Below are positions 49,214 through 58,020 of a DNA stretch of 64,000 nucleotides, piece after piece. This stretch comes from Planctomycetota bacterium (GTDB lineage Bacteria > Planctomycetota > Phycisphaerae > Phycisphaerales > UBA1924): assembly GCA_014584315.1 (NCBI GenBank), contig JACTNA010000016.1, positions 19,566 to 83,565 of the forward strand, in the 5' to 3' direction. The notes under the pieces are model-generated. The model did not search any database. It was given only the letters and a program-made list of their open reading frames with translations, and was not told the DNA's origin. The position numbers and the translations under genes were made by a program. How positions within the stretch are numbered: position 1 is the first letter of the stretch; the number at the start of each line of letters is the position of its first letter.

Positions 49214-49504
49214 TCACTCCTTCGCGGCTGCCTCGGCCTTCGCGGCGGCGCGCTGCTCGGGCGAGGGCGATCGCCGGATTGCGCTGCGGGGCTGGTTGCG
49301 CCCACGGAGACGGCGGAAGAGCAGTTTCTCGAGGCGCTTGGCGTCGGGGCCGGCCATGTAGCGGTCCTTGCGGAGTTGGCGCAGCCGCTTGCCGCTCTTG
49401 CCCGAGGAGAGGTGCTTGTGGTAGGCGGAGCGGTGGCGGGCCTTGCCCGTCTTCGAGATTCTGATCCGCTTCAGCAGGCCCTTGTGGCTCTTGTTTTTCG
49501 GCAT
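49214..49504 (-). CDS. rpmI: 50S ribosomal protein L35 (with about 30-aa C-terminal extension)
   Basis: Internal ATG 49502-49504 of ORF 49214..49762. MPKNKSHKGLLKRIRISKTGKARHRSAYHKHLSSGKSGKRLRQLR. Confidence 0.9.
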   Translation of the reverse strand: MPKNKSHKGLLKRIRISKTGKARHRSAYHKHLSSGKSGKRLRQLRKDRYMAGPDAKRLEKLLFRRLRGRNQPRSAIRRSPSPEQRAAAKAEAAAKE

Positions 49505-49617
49505 GGGACCGCGCTCCAGCCCCCAGCACCGGCCTCTCGGGGGGGCGGGAAGGCTAGGCCGATGGGGCGGATGCTGCAAGTGCCACGGGCTGGCCCGCGG
49601 GCGGGAAGGCCCCGGGA

Positions 49618-50808
49618 TCACGGGCCGACGAAGGCGTCGTCGGGGCCGTCGGGCAGTTCCCGCCCGGTCAGTCGGCCGCCGGACAACTGGTGGAGCACCC
49701 GCTCGAGCGACCTGGGGAGCCAGATGTTGTCGCCGTTGGGGAGGACGGGGCTGGCGTGCCACTCGGTCGCCCCGTCGTTGAAGAGCAGGTGCTGGCCTCG
49801 CCCGCCGTGGTTCGGCGTCGAGGCTTCGGGGTTCACCCGCTCGCCGCGGACGGCCCTCTGCACGACGGGGGATCGATCGGCCATGACGAGGACGCGGGTC
49901 CGATCGAGCCAGCGCGGCGTCTGGGGTCCGGAGATGACGCGGTAGGAGTACGACACCTCGTCGAGCGTCCGCCAGTCACGGTCTTCGGGGCTTGCGGGCA
50001 CGGTGGGTGCGTTCGGGTTGCCGGGGCAGGCGAGGCTTGAGAGCGAAAGGTACTTCTCGCGGGCGAGGGTGTAGAGGTTCGCGGAGTTGGAGCGGTCGGG
50101 GCCTTTGCCGACGTTCCACCAGGTGCCCCCTCCGTAGGAAGCGGTGACCATCGGGAGTGCGTTCTGGTTGAGGCTGGCGTAACCGCTCATGGCGTTGGCC
50201 GCGCCGTGCAGGTTGGCGGCGCAGGCGATGCGGCGGGCCTGATCTCGGACGGACGACAGGACGGGCCAGAGCACGGACGCGCCGATGAGCAGCACGGCGG
50301 CCACGGAGGCAACGTCGGCGAAACGGACGCGGCGCCGCGCGGCCCGCTCGAAGGCAAGGCTCTCGGCGTCGCGGTCGATCGTCGCCTGCACGAGGGCGAG
50401 CGTGCGATCGACGAGCGCCTCGCGGTCGCCAGCGTCGCAATGGCAGACGGCGTCCGCGAGCGCGCGGTGGCGTTCGGCCCTCGCCCGCATCGCCTGGGGG
50501 ACGAGCGAAGGATCGCCGTCGGCCTCGAGCCAGGCGTCGAGGGCCGCGGCATCGTCGGCGCAGAGGTGCGGCTCCAGGCCGAGCGCGTGTGCGAGCGTGT
50601 CCTCGACCAGCCTTGCGGATCCTGCGATCCCGGCATCGCGCAGGGGGTCGAGCAGCGCGACGATCCGTTCGGCGCGCCCCCGATGTTCGTCGGCGACCGC
50701 TTCAAGGTCGAATCCTGCATCCACGAGCGCGTCCAGCGCGGCGGCGTCCGCGGCGCTCAACGCCGGAGCGTGTTCACCATCGGCCGAGGCGTTTCGCGCG
50801 TCCTTCAC
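49618..50808 (-). CDS. Anti-sigma factor candidate with pseudopilin/DUF1559-like periplasmic domain
   Basis: GTG 50806-50808 forms a GTGA overlap with the ECF sigma stop. Single TM VASVAAVLLIGASVLWPVL, followed by SSVRDQARRIACAANLHGAANAMSGYASLNQNALP and C-terminal NHGGRGQHLLFNDGATEW (H-X10-DG). Confidence 0.75.
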   Translation of the reverse strand: MKDARNASADGEHAPALSAADAAALDALVDAGFDLEAVADEHRGRAERIVALLDPLRDAGIAGSARLVEDTLAHALGLEPHLCADDAAALDAWLEADGDPSLVPQAMRARAERHRALADAVCHCDAGDREALVDRTLALVQATIDRDAESLAFERAARRRVRFADVASVAAVLLIGASVLWPVLSSVRDQARRIACAANLHGAANAMSGYASLNQNALPMVTASYGGGTWWNVGKGPDRSNSANLYTLAREKYLSLSSLACPGNPNAPTVPASPEDRDWRTLDEVSYSYRVISGPQTPRWLDRTRVLVMADRSPVVQRAVRGERVNPEASTPNHGGRGQHLLFNDGATEWHASPVLPNGDNIWLPRSLERVLHQLSGGRLTGRELPDGPDDAFVGP

Positions 50809-51413
50809 CGGTCGTCCCCGTTCTGCGAAGCCTTCCACTTTCGGGCGAACGCGGCCACGGCGGCGTGCAGGCGCGACTTGACGGTGCCGAGCGGGATGCC
50901 GAGGTCGTCGGCGATCTGGGCGTAACTGAGCCGCTGGAAGTAGGCCAAGAGCAGGATCTCCCGCAGCGGCAGGGGCAGGTCGTCGAGGGCACGCTGCACC
51001 AGCCTGTCGCGTTCGCTCGCGTCGGCGGCGGCGTCCGGAGCGGGCACGTCGATCTCCATCAGATCGACGAACTGAACCCCCCCGCGCTCTTCACCGCCCC
51101 CCGCCCTTCCGACGGGGGCCGACAGTTCCATCTCCTGCCGGCGTCCCTTCCTACGCAGGTAGTCGCGGGCCTTGTTCGCGGCGATCGTGAATAACCAGGG
51201 ACGGAACCGCCGATCCACGTCGAACGAGTCGGCGGAGAGGTGAATCTGGAGAAAGGTCTCCTGGAAAACGTCGTCCGCGGCGGCCCGGTCGCCGGTCAGG
51301 CGGATCAGAAACCGGAGCAGGTCGTCGTGGTGGCGTTCGATGAGGGTCCGAAAGGCGTCCGACTCGCCCGTGCGGTAGGCCTCGACCAGTTGCTCATCGG
51401 TTCTGGGGTCCAA
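50805..51413 (-). CDS. ECF-type RNA polymerase sigma-70 factor
   Basis: TTG start. Region 2 DVFQETFLQIHLSADSFD..FRPWLFTIAANKARDYLRRK. Region 4 LSYAQIADDLGIPLGTVKSRLH. Confidence 0.88.
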   Translation of the reverse strand: MDPRTDEQLVEAYRTGESDAFRTLIERHHDDLLRFLIRLTGDRAAADDVFQETFLQIHLSADSFDVDRRFRPWLFTIAANKARDYLRRKGRRQEMELSAPVGRAGGGEERGGVQFVDLMEIDVPAPDAAADASERDRLVQRALDDLPLPLREILLLAYFQRLSYAQIADDLGIPLGTVKSRLHAAVAAFARKWKASQNGDDR

Positions 51414-51536
51414 TACGGCGTCGCTCCCCGGTGGTTCACCCGCGTCCGCGGCCCCTGCGGCCGTTTCGGATGCGCACGGGCAGTCTACGACGGGGGCGCG
51501 GAGCCTGATCGCCCGATTCCGACCGGCACCATCCGT

Positions 51537-51845
51537 TCAGACGACTTCGCCGACGGTACGGGCGAACCGGACCCCGGTCTCCGGCCCGAACCGCTCCGCG
51601 CCTTCGGCCCGGAGCGCGGGGGCGTGGTTGGCGAGGTAGTCGTCGAGGGCCTGCCGGGTGGGGAACACATAGCGCGTCTCGACGCGGATGGGGTCGGGCG
51701 GGTCGGTGACCCGGACGATCATCGCGCTGTGTGCCCCGGCGGCGACGACCGCGTCCACATGGCCGTCGCGGAGCCAGTCGAGATAGCGTTCGGCCGTCGG
51801 GCGGTCCGGGAGCGTCGCGGTTACGGTGTAGACGATGGCGGACAT
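51537..51845 (-). CDS. DUF4286-family protein
   Basis: MSAIVYTVTATLPDRPTAERYLDWLRDGHVDAVVAAG...YVFPTRQALDDYLANHAPALRAEG. Confidence 0.7.
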   Translation of the reverse strand: MSAIVYTVTATLPDRPTAERYLDWLRDGHVDAVVAAGAHSAMIVRVTDPPDPIRVETRYVFPTRQALDDYLANHAPALRAEGAERFGPETGVRFARTVGEVV

Positions 51846-51924
51846 GCCCCGAGCCTACCGCTCCCGGCCGCCGGACGGCGGCGAGGGGGCAATTCGGTCG
51901 GGCCTGGGGCGTTCTGCGGACGGC

Positions 51925-52548
51925 ATGCCACCCGCCTTGGAGCGAAGCGACCCGGCGACGGGCGTCGCCCCTGACGACGGGCGGCTGGCCGAGGTTCTGG
52001 CCGCGGCTTCACGCGGCGATGGGGACGCCTGGCGCGAGATCGTGGACCTGTACGCCAGGCGAGTGTTCGCGCTGGTCCACAGCCGGTGTCGTCGGCCCGA
52101 TCTGGCCGAGGAGGTCACGCAATCCGTGTTCGCCACAGTCGCCGCCAAACTCTCCCGAGGGGGGTACACCGAGCGGGGCCGCTTCGAGTCGTGGCTCTTC
52201 CGCGTGGCGATGAACCGCGCGCGTGACGAGATGCGCCGGCTGGCCCGGCAGGCGACGCCGACGGACCCGTCGGCGGTTGCGGCGGCCGTGGACCGCGCGC
52301 GGGAGAACGGGGAACGGACGAGCGACGACGGCTCGCTCGATGCGCTGCGGCGTGCGATGTCGAGCCTTCCCGCGGCCGACCGGGAGGTGGTCGAGTTGCG
52401 GCACCACGGCGGGCTGAGTTTCAGGCAGATCGCGGACCTCGTCGGCGAGCCGATGGGCACGCTGCTGGCCCGCCACCACCGGGCGTTGCGGAAGCTGCGG
52501 TCGATGATCGAACGCGATGCACCCGCGGACGAGGAGCAGACTCGATGA
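51925..52548 (+). CDS. ECF-type RNA polymerase sigma-70 factor
   Basis: ATG 51925; the listed start at 51835 would overlap the divergent gene. GDGDAWREIVDLYARRVFALV, FESWLFRVAMNRARDEMRR, LSFRQIADLVGEPMGTLLARHHRALRKLR. Confidence 0.85.
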   Translation: MPPALERSDPATGVAPDDGRLAEVLAAASRGDGDAWREIVDLYARRVFALVHSRCRRPDLAEEVTQSVFATVAAKLSRGGYTERGRFESWLFRVAMNRARDEMRRLARQATPTDPSAVAAAVDRARENGERTSDDGSLDALRRAMSSLPAADREVVELRHHGGLSFRQIADLVGEPMGTLLARHHRALRKLRSMIERDAPADEEQTR

Positions 52549-52964
52549 ACGCGCACGACAACAACGAGTTCGCCGGGATCGAGACCGCGCTCGACCGACT
52601 CGCGGAGTCGGATCGGGCGGCCGCGCCGGCGTCGCTCGAGTCGAACGTCTACCGTGCCTCGCGGGCGTCGCTCCGTTCGGGCGGGTGTGCGCGGGTTCGG
52701 ATCGGATGGGGACTGGGGGTTCGGCTCGCCGCGGCCGCGGTGCTGCTGGCGGGGACGATCGGCGTCATCTCGACACTGAACCGAGCGGGCCCGCAGCCCA
52801 CGCCGACGGCGAACGTGACGGCGGCGGCATTCGAGTCGTGGCTGGCGCTGGACGATCTGTTCGACGACGGGTTCGGGACGCGGCTGGGCGTGGTTTCGAC
52901 CGATGCCGACCGGCTCGCGCAGCCGGATTCGGATGACTGGGACGACCTGGAGGACGCTCTGTGA
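52545..52964 (+). CDS. Putative anti-sigma factor / membrane protein (139 aa)
   Basis: ATGA overlap with the sigma stop. Central TM GLGVRLAAAAVLLAGTIGVI. Acidic C-terminus. Confidence 0.6.
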   Translation: MNAHDNNEFAGIETALDRLAESDRAAAPASLESNVYRASRASLRSGGCARVRIGWGLGVRLAAAAVLLAGTIGVISTLNRAGPQPTPTANVTAAAFESWLALDDLFDDGFGTRLGVVSTDADRLAQPDSDDWDDLEDAL

Positions 52965-53782
52965 TGCGACACCGTGCTGCCACATTGCTGATCGTGATCG
53001 CGGGAGCGGCGCTTCCGGCGAGCGCCCAGCCGGATCGCCCGGCGCGCGAGGACCGGCCCGTGATGCGTCAGGCGGACCGCGAGGCGATGCGAGAGAGGCT
53101 TCAGCGTCGGCTTGACGAAACGCGTCATTTGGAGCAACGGCTCCTGGCGGCGCTGGACGCGCTGGACCGGGGCGAGGAACCGCCGGCGGTCGCCGAGCCG
53201 GGCGGGCCGATGCGCGGGGAGTGGCAGCGCGGACGCCCGTTCGAGCAGGAGCAACCGGCGGGCGGGGCGCCCCCCCCCGCGACGGACGAGGAAGTGATGG
53301 CGTTCCTGGACTCGGCCGCGCCGCCGATCGCTCGCAGGCTGCGTGAGGTGCGCGAAGCCGAGCCGTGGGTGGTCGAGCGGACGGTGCGACGGCTGGCGGG
53401 GCGGGTGGCGGAGATCCGTGTCGCCCGCGAGCACGATCCCGCGCTGGCGGACCTGATGGTCGCCGAGACGCGGAGCGGGCTGCTCGTGGCCGATGCGTTG
53501 CGCGACGTGCACCGCGCCGTGCTGGGCGGTGGCGACGAGGGCGCGTTGCGGGCGGCGTCGGCGTCGCTTCGGGGAGCGCTCGAAGCGCAGTTCGACGCGC
53601 GCATCGAGCGGCGCGAGCACGAGATCGTGTCGCTGGGCCGGCGCATCGAGGAGCTGCGGGCGGAACTCACGCGGCAGCACGCGGAGCGCGAGGCGTTCAT
53701 CGACCGCGCGGTCGAGCAGGCCGTCGAGCGCGCGAAGCGGTCGTCCTCGCGTCCCGACGAGCCTCGCGGCGGACGGCGCTGA
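52961..53782 (+). CDS. Secreted helical (coiled-coil-like) protein, third gene of the ECF module
   Basis: GTGATG start overlapping the upstream stop. Signal peptide MMRHRAATLLIVIAGAALPASA. Arg/Glu/Ala-rich helical remainder. Confidence 0.6.
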   Translation: MMRHRAATLLIVIAGAALPASAQPDRPAREDRPVMRQADREAMRERLQRRLDETRHLEQRLLAALDALDRGEEPPAVAEPGGPMRGEWQRGRPFEQEQPAGGAPPPATDEEVMAFLDSAAPPIARRLREVREAEPWVVERTVRRLAGRVAEIRVAREHDPALADLMVAETRSGLLVADALRDVHRAVLGGGDEGALRAASASLRGALEAQFDARIERREHEIVSLGRRIEELRAELTRQHAEREAFIDRAVEQAVERAKRSSSRPDEPRGGRR

Positions 53783-53791
53783 GACGCGCCG

Positions 53792-54187
53792 TCACGACAC
53801 GACCGATCCAGGCGCGACCTCCGCCGACGGGGTCAGCACGACGACCCGCTTCGATTCGCCTTCGCCCTGCTCGCTCGCCGCCAGGAGCATGCCGCGCGAC
53901 TCCTCGCCGCGGATGGTGCGCGGGGCGAGGTTGGCCACGATCACGATGTGACGCCCGACGAGGTCCTCCGGCTTGTAGTGCTCGCGGATGCCGGCGCAGA
54001 TCTGCCGCGGCGTGCCGCTGCCGTCGTCGACCTGGAGTTTCAGAAGGCGGTCGGCGTTCGGGTGCGGCTCGGCCGTCACGACGCGGGCGACGCGCAGGTC
54101 GAGGCGGGCGAAATCCTCGAAGGTGATGGTGGGCTTGGCGGGCGATGCCTGAGTCGTGTCGGCGGCAGGCGCGGGCGTGTCGGACAT
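53792..54187 (-). CDS. tRNA-binding domain protein (CsaA/Trbp111/MetG C-terminal-like)
   Basis: FEDFARLDLRVARVVTAEPHPNADRLLKLQVDDGSGTPRQICAGIREHYKPEDLVGRHIVIVANLAPRTIRGEESRGMLLAA. Confidence 0.88.
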   Translation of the reverse strand: MSDTPAPAADTTQASPAKPTITFEDFARLDLRVARVVTAEPHPNADRLLKLQVDDGSGTPRQICAGIREHYKPEDLVGRHIVIVANLAPRTIRGEESRGMLLAASEQGEGESKRVVVLTPSAEVAPGSVVS

Positions 54188-54256
54188 CGGGAGTCTCCCT
54201 TCGCGTCGCGGGCGCGATCAGGCCCGGTCGCGTGCGAGTGTAGCCAGCGAGTCCCG

Positions 54257-55150
54257 CTACTCCTCCGGGCCGGGCCTTACCCAAGCGCCGCCACGCCACA
54301 GACTTCGGTCGGGATCGACGCCGAGCGAGGCGGCGAAGGTCTCGGGGTCGAGGTCGCGGAGCGGCGCGCCGCCGTCCACGGCGAGTTGTGCCGCCCATGA
54401 GCGGTGAACGCCCTCGAGCAGGCGCGATTCGAGCCGCAACTGGTCGATGAGTTCGGCGGCGGACATCTGCGGGCCGGGATCCCCGCGGCAGGTGGCGCAG
54501 AGTCGGTAACTGGGCGGGTCGGTGCCGGGCACGAACACGGCCCGCTCGTTGCGGCACTCCGGGCAGGGCCAGGCGTCGGCGTATCGCTCGGTGTTCCAGA
54601 GGACGCTGCCAGCGCCGGCGAGTCCGACCAGCCTCCCGTAACGCTCGAGCGCCTCGCGGACGCCCGGCCTGCGCAACAGTTCCCGGGCGCGGATGCCCTG
54701 CCCGGCGCGTGCCTCGCCCATCGCCTCGGCGGCCGCGAGCGCGATCTCGGATCGGAGGGCTTCGTCGCGGCCGCGCATCCACTCGGGCGCGGCGTAGCGT
54801 CGATCGAGGCGGCTTGCCATCGCCGAGAGCCAGCGCTGCTCGGACTCCACTCGGGCGATCGCGGCCAACCCGACGCACGCGCTCGCGCCAACCCCGGCCG
54901 ACCAGTTGTGCCGGCGATCGTGCTCGAAGGCGAGGGCGTAGAGCGTGCGCGCCAGTTCGATCTGGACGGGATCGTCGGCCTCGTAGGCAACTTCCTCCGC
55001 GAGCATCAGGTAGCCGCGCGGGTCGGAGGGTGTGAGTGCGGCGAGGCGCTCTTCGAGGCGCGGAACCGTGAGCGTCGTGAGCGTGCTCGGTTGATCCGGC
55101 TGAGCCAGAGCGACGGCGACGCCAAGGACGGCCGCGTCGAGGATGCTCAT
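54257..55150 (-). CDS. Secreted hypothetical protein with CPxC...CxxC zinc-ribbon-like motif (297 aa), last gene of the ExbBD-associated operon
   Basis: Internal ATG 55148-55150 (ATGA overlap with the upstream stop). MSILDAAVLGVAVALAQP signal-like N-terminus. WPCPECRNERAVFVPGTDPPSYRLCATCRG (54488-54565). Confidence 0.65.
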   Translation of the reverse strand: MSILDAAVLGVAVALAQPDQPSTLTTLTVPRLEERLAALTPSDPRGYLMLAEEVAYEADDPVQIELARTLYALAFEHDRRHNWSAGVGASACVGLAAIARVESEQRWLSAMASRLDRRYAAPEWMRGRDEALRSEIALAAAEAMGEARAGQGIRARELLRRPGVREALERYGRLVGLAGAGSVLWNTERYADAWPCPECRNERAVFVPGTDPPSYRLCATCRGDPGPQMSAAELIDQLRLESRLLEGVHRSWAAQLAVDGGAPLRDLDPETFAASLGVDPDRSLWRGGAWVRPGPEE

Positions 55151-58020
55151 GGGAGTTCCTCCCCGAAACGGATCGCCCAGAGTCGGGCGATCGCGAGTTC
55201 CGTCGCGGCGATCTGGTGGAGCACGTGGGTTGCGGTCCGTCGCGTGCCCGCCAGTTCGGAGAGCACGCCGGCGGCGTCGGCTGCGCGCTCGGGACGCTCG
55301 ACCGCGATCACGGCCGAGAGGAGCTCGGCGACGGCGAGCTGCTCGACGGCGAACCGCTGGACGGGGCCGCCCGCGACGGCGAGCCTCGCGGTGCGGCGGC
55401 GTTCGATCTCTTCGGCGCGCACCACGCCGGAGCGGCCTGCGGAAAGATCCGCGGCGAGTTGCTGCCACTGGGCGCGGAGTCGGGCCGCGCTCTCGTCGGC
55501 GGCGGCGGGCGTGCCATCGGCGGAGGATGGCGCGAGGGACGAGGAGGCCATGCCCGCGTAGGTTTCCGCGAGCAGCGGAGCGAGGCGGTCGACGCGCCCC
55601 ACCTCTCCTTCGGCGGCGAGCAGTTCCATCAGACGCTCGACCAGCACGCGCCGGGTCTTGAGTTTCCAGTCCGGATCGCGGACGGACACCACGCTCGTGC
55701 CCGTCATCTGTGCCACGAGTTCCGCGTTCTGGATCGTGCGGGGCATCGTGGGCGCCTGTTCGAGGAGGCCCTTGAGGGCCGAGGCGTTCATACGGAGCGC
55801 GAGCAGGGCGTCTCGGGCGGCCTGGCGGACCTGCGCGGGCGAGCCTCGCACGGCCTCCTGCGCCAGCACCTCGCCGCTGATGGGGTCGAGGATCGAGCCA
55901 CCGCCCAGTTCGCGGAGGAGGGCGACGCGGGCATCGGCGTCGCGCTGGGCCGAGGCGTACCGCACGGCCCATGCTCCGTCGTAGCGTCCCGGCGCGACGA
56001 CGGCCTGATCGCCGACGCTGCCGCGGACGGTTTCCATCGCGTCCTTGACGGGCGCATCGAGCCTGTCGATGAGCAGGGCGGCGGCGTCGAGTCCGCCCGA
56101 CCAGCGCAGCGAAGCGGCGGCGTTCAGCCGGGCCGCGAGCACGGCGCGGGCGAGATGATCGGTCGGCGTGCGGTCGTCGTGCGCATCGCGCTCGACGCGG
56201 CGCAGTTGCTGGAGCCACGAGTCGGCGAGGTCGTCGCGCTGGGCGGCGGTCGGCAGGCCCCACGCCGTCTCGTACCTGTTCCGCAGGTCGCGCCGCTGCG
56301 CGTCGATCGACCGGGCGGGCAGCGACATGAGCGGGTCGACGCCTTCGGCGTTCGATCTCGTCGCGAGCGCGGTCGTGATGACGTGCAGATCGGCGTTCGA
56401 GACGCGCGGATTGCCGAAGGCCTGAACGAGCCACGTTCGCGACCGATCGCCCCGCCGCCACGTGAGGGCGAGGGTGAGTTCGACCATCGCGTCGGCGATC
56501 GCGGGGTCAACGTCCGGCTCCGGCCCCGCGAGGGTGATCGCGTCGAGGCCGGCGAGCAACAACTCGATCCGGCGGGCCTGCTGCTCCGGCGCGGCGGCGT
56601 CGACCGCGCGGACCCACCGCCGCCAACGCTCGAGTTCCGTGTCGCGGTCGGGACGATCGCCCAGCACGAACCGCCGGGGCAGCAGACCGAGCGCGGCGAC
56701 CGCGCCGGCGTCGAAGGTGCGCCCCGCGGCCGGGCCTGCGCCCCCGATCGCCTGACGGAGCGCATCCTCAATGACTCGCGACACCACGGCGGACAACCCG
56801 CTCTCCCCGCTCAACCGCACGAGCGTGCCGGCCGACCAGACCGCCGGCCACACGCCGTCCGCGTCCGGGGCCGCGCCTCCGTGCATCGCCACCGAGCCGG
56901 CGGCGACCACTTCCGCAGCGGCGGAGGCGATGAGCGGGACGGCGGACGCGCTGTGCATGAACTCGACCACCGAGTTGGTGGCCGCTCGCTGGCGATCGGG
57001 CGCGAGCAGGCACCAGTGGGCCGCAACATCCAGCGCTGACGAACGGAAGAGGGCGAGCGCCTCGCCGGGGTCGAGCGCGAGGCCATCGACCGCGGCGTCG
57101 AGACCGCGCAGCGCGGCGTTCAGTTCGGATGCGGACGGGGCGCCCGTCGGGCGCGGCCGGGCGTCGCTCGTCACGCTCGGTCTCAACGGGAACGGCTCGA
57201 CTCGTGCAGGCTCCGCGGACGCCCGTGCGGGCGGCGGCGGGGGAGGCGGGTCCGGCGGCGTGCGCGGCACGGTCAGCAGGATGGCGGCGAGCGATCCGAG
57301 CACGGCCAGCGCGACGAACCCGCCAATGAGGACGAACACACCGCGACGGAGCAACCGTTTCGCCGGGTCGTCCTCCTCGGGCCGGACCATCTCTGGCGGG
57401 CGGGGATCGGCGGGCCGCGGAGGCTCGTCGGCGAGCGGTTTCGGCAGGCCCGCAAGCCGAACGGGAACAGGCGGCGAGTCGGCGCGAAGCGCGGGCACGG
57501 GCGCGGGACGCGGCACGGCCCGAGCGCTCGCGGCGCCGCGGCTGCTGAGCCGACGCAGCGCACCGACGATTTCGTCGGGCGACGCGTCGCGAGCGCGGGC
57601 CAGGAGCATCAGGCGGTGCAATGACCCCCGGTTCCACCCGCCGTAGCGTGCGAGCGTGAGCAGCGCATCGTGTTCGAGGAGGACGCCGCGTCCGGCCTCC
57701 GAGGTCGGCGCGGCGAGCGCGGCCTGCTGCGCGGCGGCCTCGCCCCCCCACCGCCGCGCGAGGTGCACGCGAACAGCGGGGTCGAGCAGTTGGGCCGCGG
57801 CGGCGTGGAGCGCGAGGCGCACTTCGTCTGCTTCGGGCGTCTCGCTCTGGTGGTGGGCGGCGAGCGCGACGAGGCGGCGCTCCAGAGCCGCGATGACGGC
57901 CGAGTCGTCGGCCACGCCCGGCCTCAGCCCGAGCAGCGCGAACGGACCGCCGCGGGCCGAATCCTCGCCGAGGAAGCGGGCGATGAGCGAAGCGCCGGCG
58001 GGGTGCGGCATCGCGCTCAT
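55147..58020 (-). CDS. 957-aa bitopic membrane protein with TonB/TolA-like TM plus poly-Pro spacer, hypothetical
   Basis: Internal ATG 58018-58020 (ATGA overlap with the upstream stop). About 225-aa cytoplasmic part with the J-domain-like PFALLGLRPGVADDSAVIAALERRLVALAAHH. TM GVFVLIGGFVALAVLGSLAAILLTV followed by PRTPPDPPPPPPPARA (57223-57342). About 690-aa helical periplasmic part. Confidence 0.7.
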   Translation of the reverse strand: MSAMPHPAGASLIARFLGEDSARGGPFALLGLRPGVADDSAVIAALERRLVALAAHHQSETPEADEVRLALHAAAAQLLDPAVRVHLARRWGGEAAAQQAALAAPTSEAGRGVLLEHDALLTLARYGGWNRGSLHRLMLLARARDASPDEIVGALRRLSSRGAASARAVPRPAPVPALRADSPPVPVRLAGLPKPLADEPPRPADPRPPEMVRPEEDDPAKRLLRRGVFVLIGGFVALAVLGSLAAILLTVPRTPPDPPPPPPPARASAEPARVEPFPLRPSVTSDARPRPTGAPSASELNAALRGLDAAVDGLALDPGEALALFRSSALDVAAHWCLLAPDRQRAATNSVVEFMHSASAVPLIASAAAEVVAAGSVAMHGGAAPDADGVWPAVWSAGTLVRLSGESGLSAVVSRVIEDALRQAIGGAGPAAGRTFDAGAVAALGLLPRRFVLGDRPDRDTELERWRRWVRAVDAAAPEQQARRIELLLAGLDAITLAGPEPDVDPAIADAMVELTLALTWRRGDRSRTWLVQAFGNPRVSNADLHVITTALATRSNAEGVDPLMSLPARSIDAQRRDLRNRYETAWGLPTAAQRDDLADSWLQQLRRVERDAHDDRTPTDHLARAVLAARLNAAASLRWSGGLDAAALLIDRLDAPVKDAMETVRGSVGDQAVVAPGRYDGAWAVRYASAQRDADARVALLRELGGGSILDPISGEVLAQEAVRGSPAQVRQAARDALLALRMNASALKGLLEQAPTMPRTIQNAELVAQMTGTSVVSVRDPDWKLKTRRVLVERLMELLAAEGEVGRVDRLAPLLAETYAGMASSSLAPSSADGTPAAADESAARLRAQWQQLAADLSAGRSGVVRAEEIERRRTARLAVAGGPVQRFAVEQLAVAELLSAVIAVERPERAADAAGVLSELAGTRRTATHVLHQIAATELAIARLWAIRFGEELP

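Noticed and set aside
51414-51536. Autoregulatory ECF promoter (GGAAC-N16/17-CGTC type) upstream of the sigma gene 50805..51413
   Set aside because: The only GGAAT...CGTC pair has a spacer of about 23 nt, and the other GAAC elements lack a -10 partner at the correct distance.
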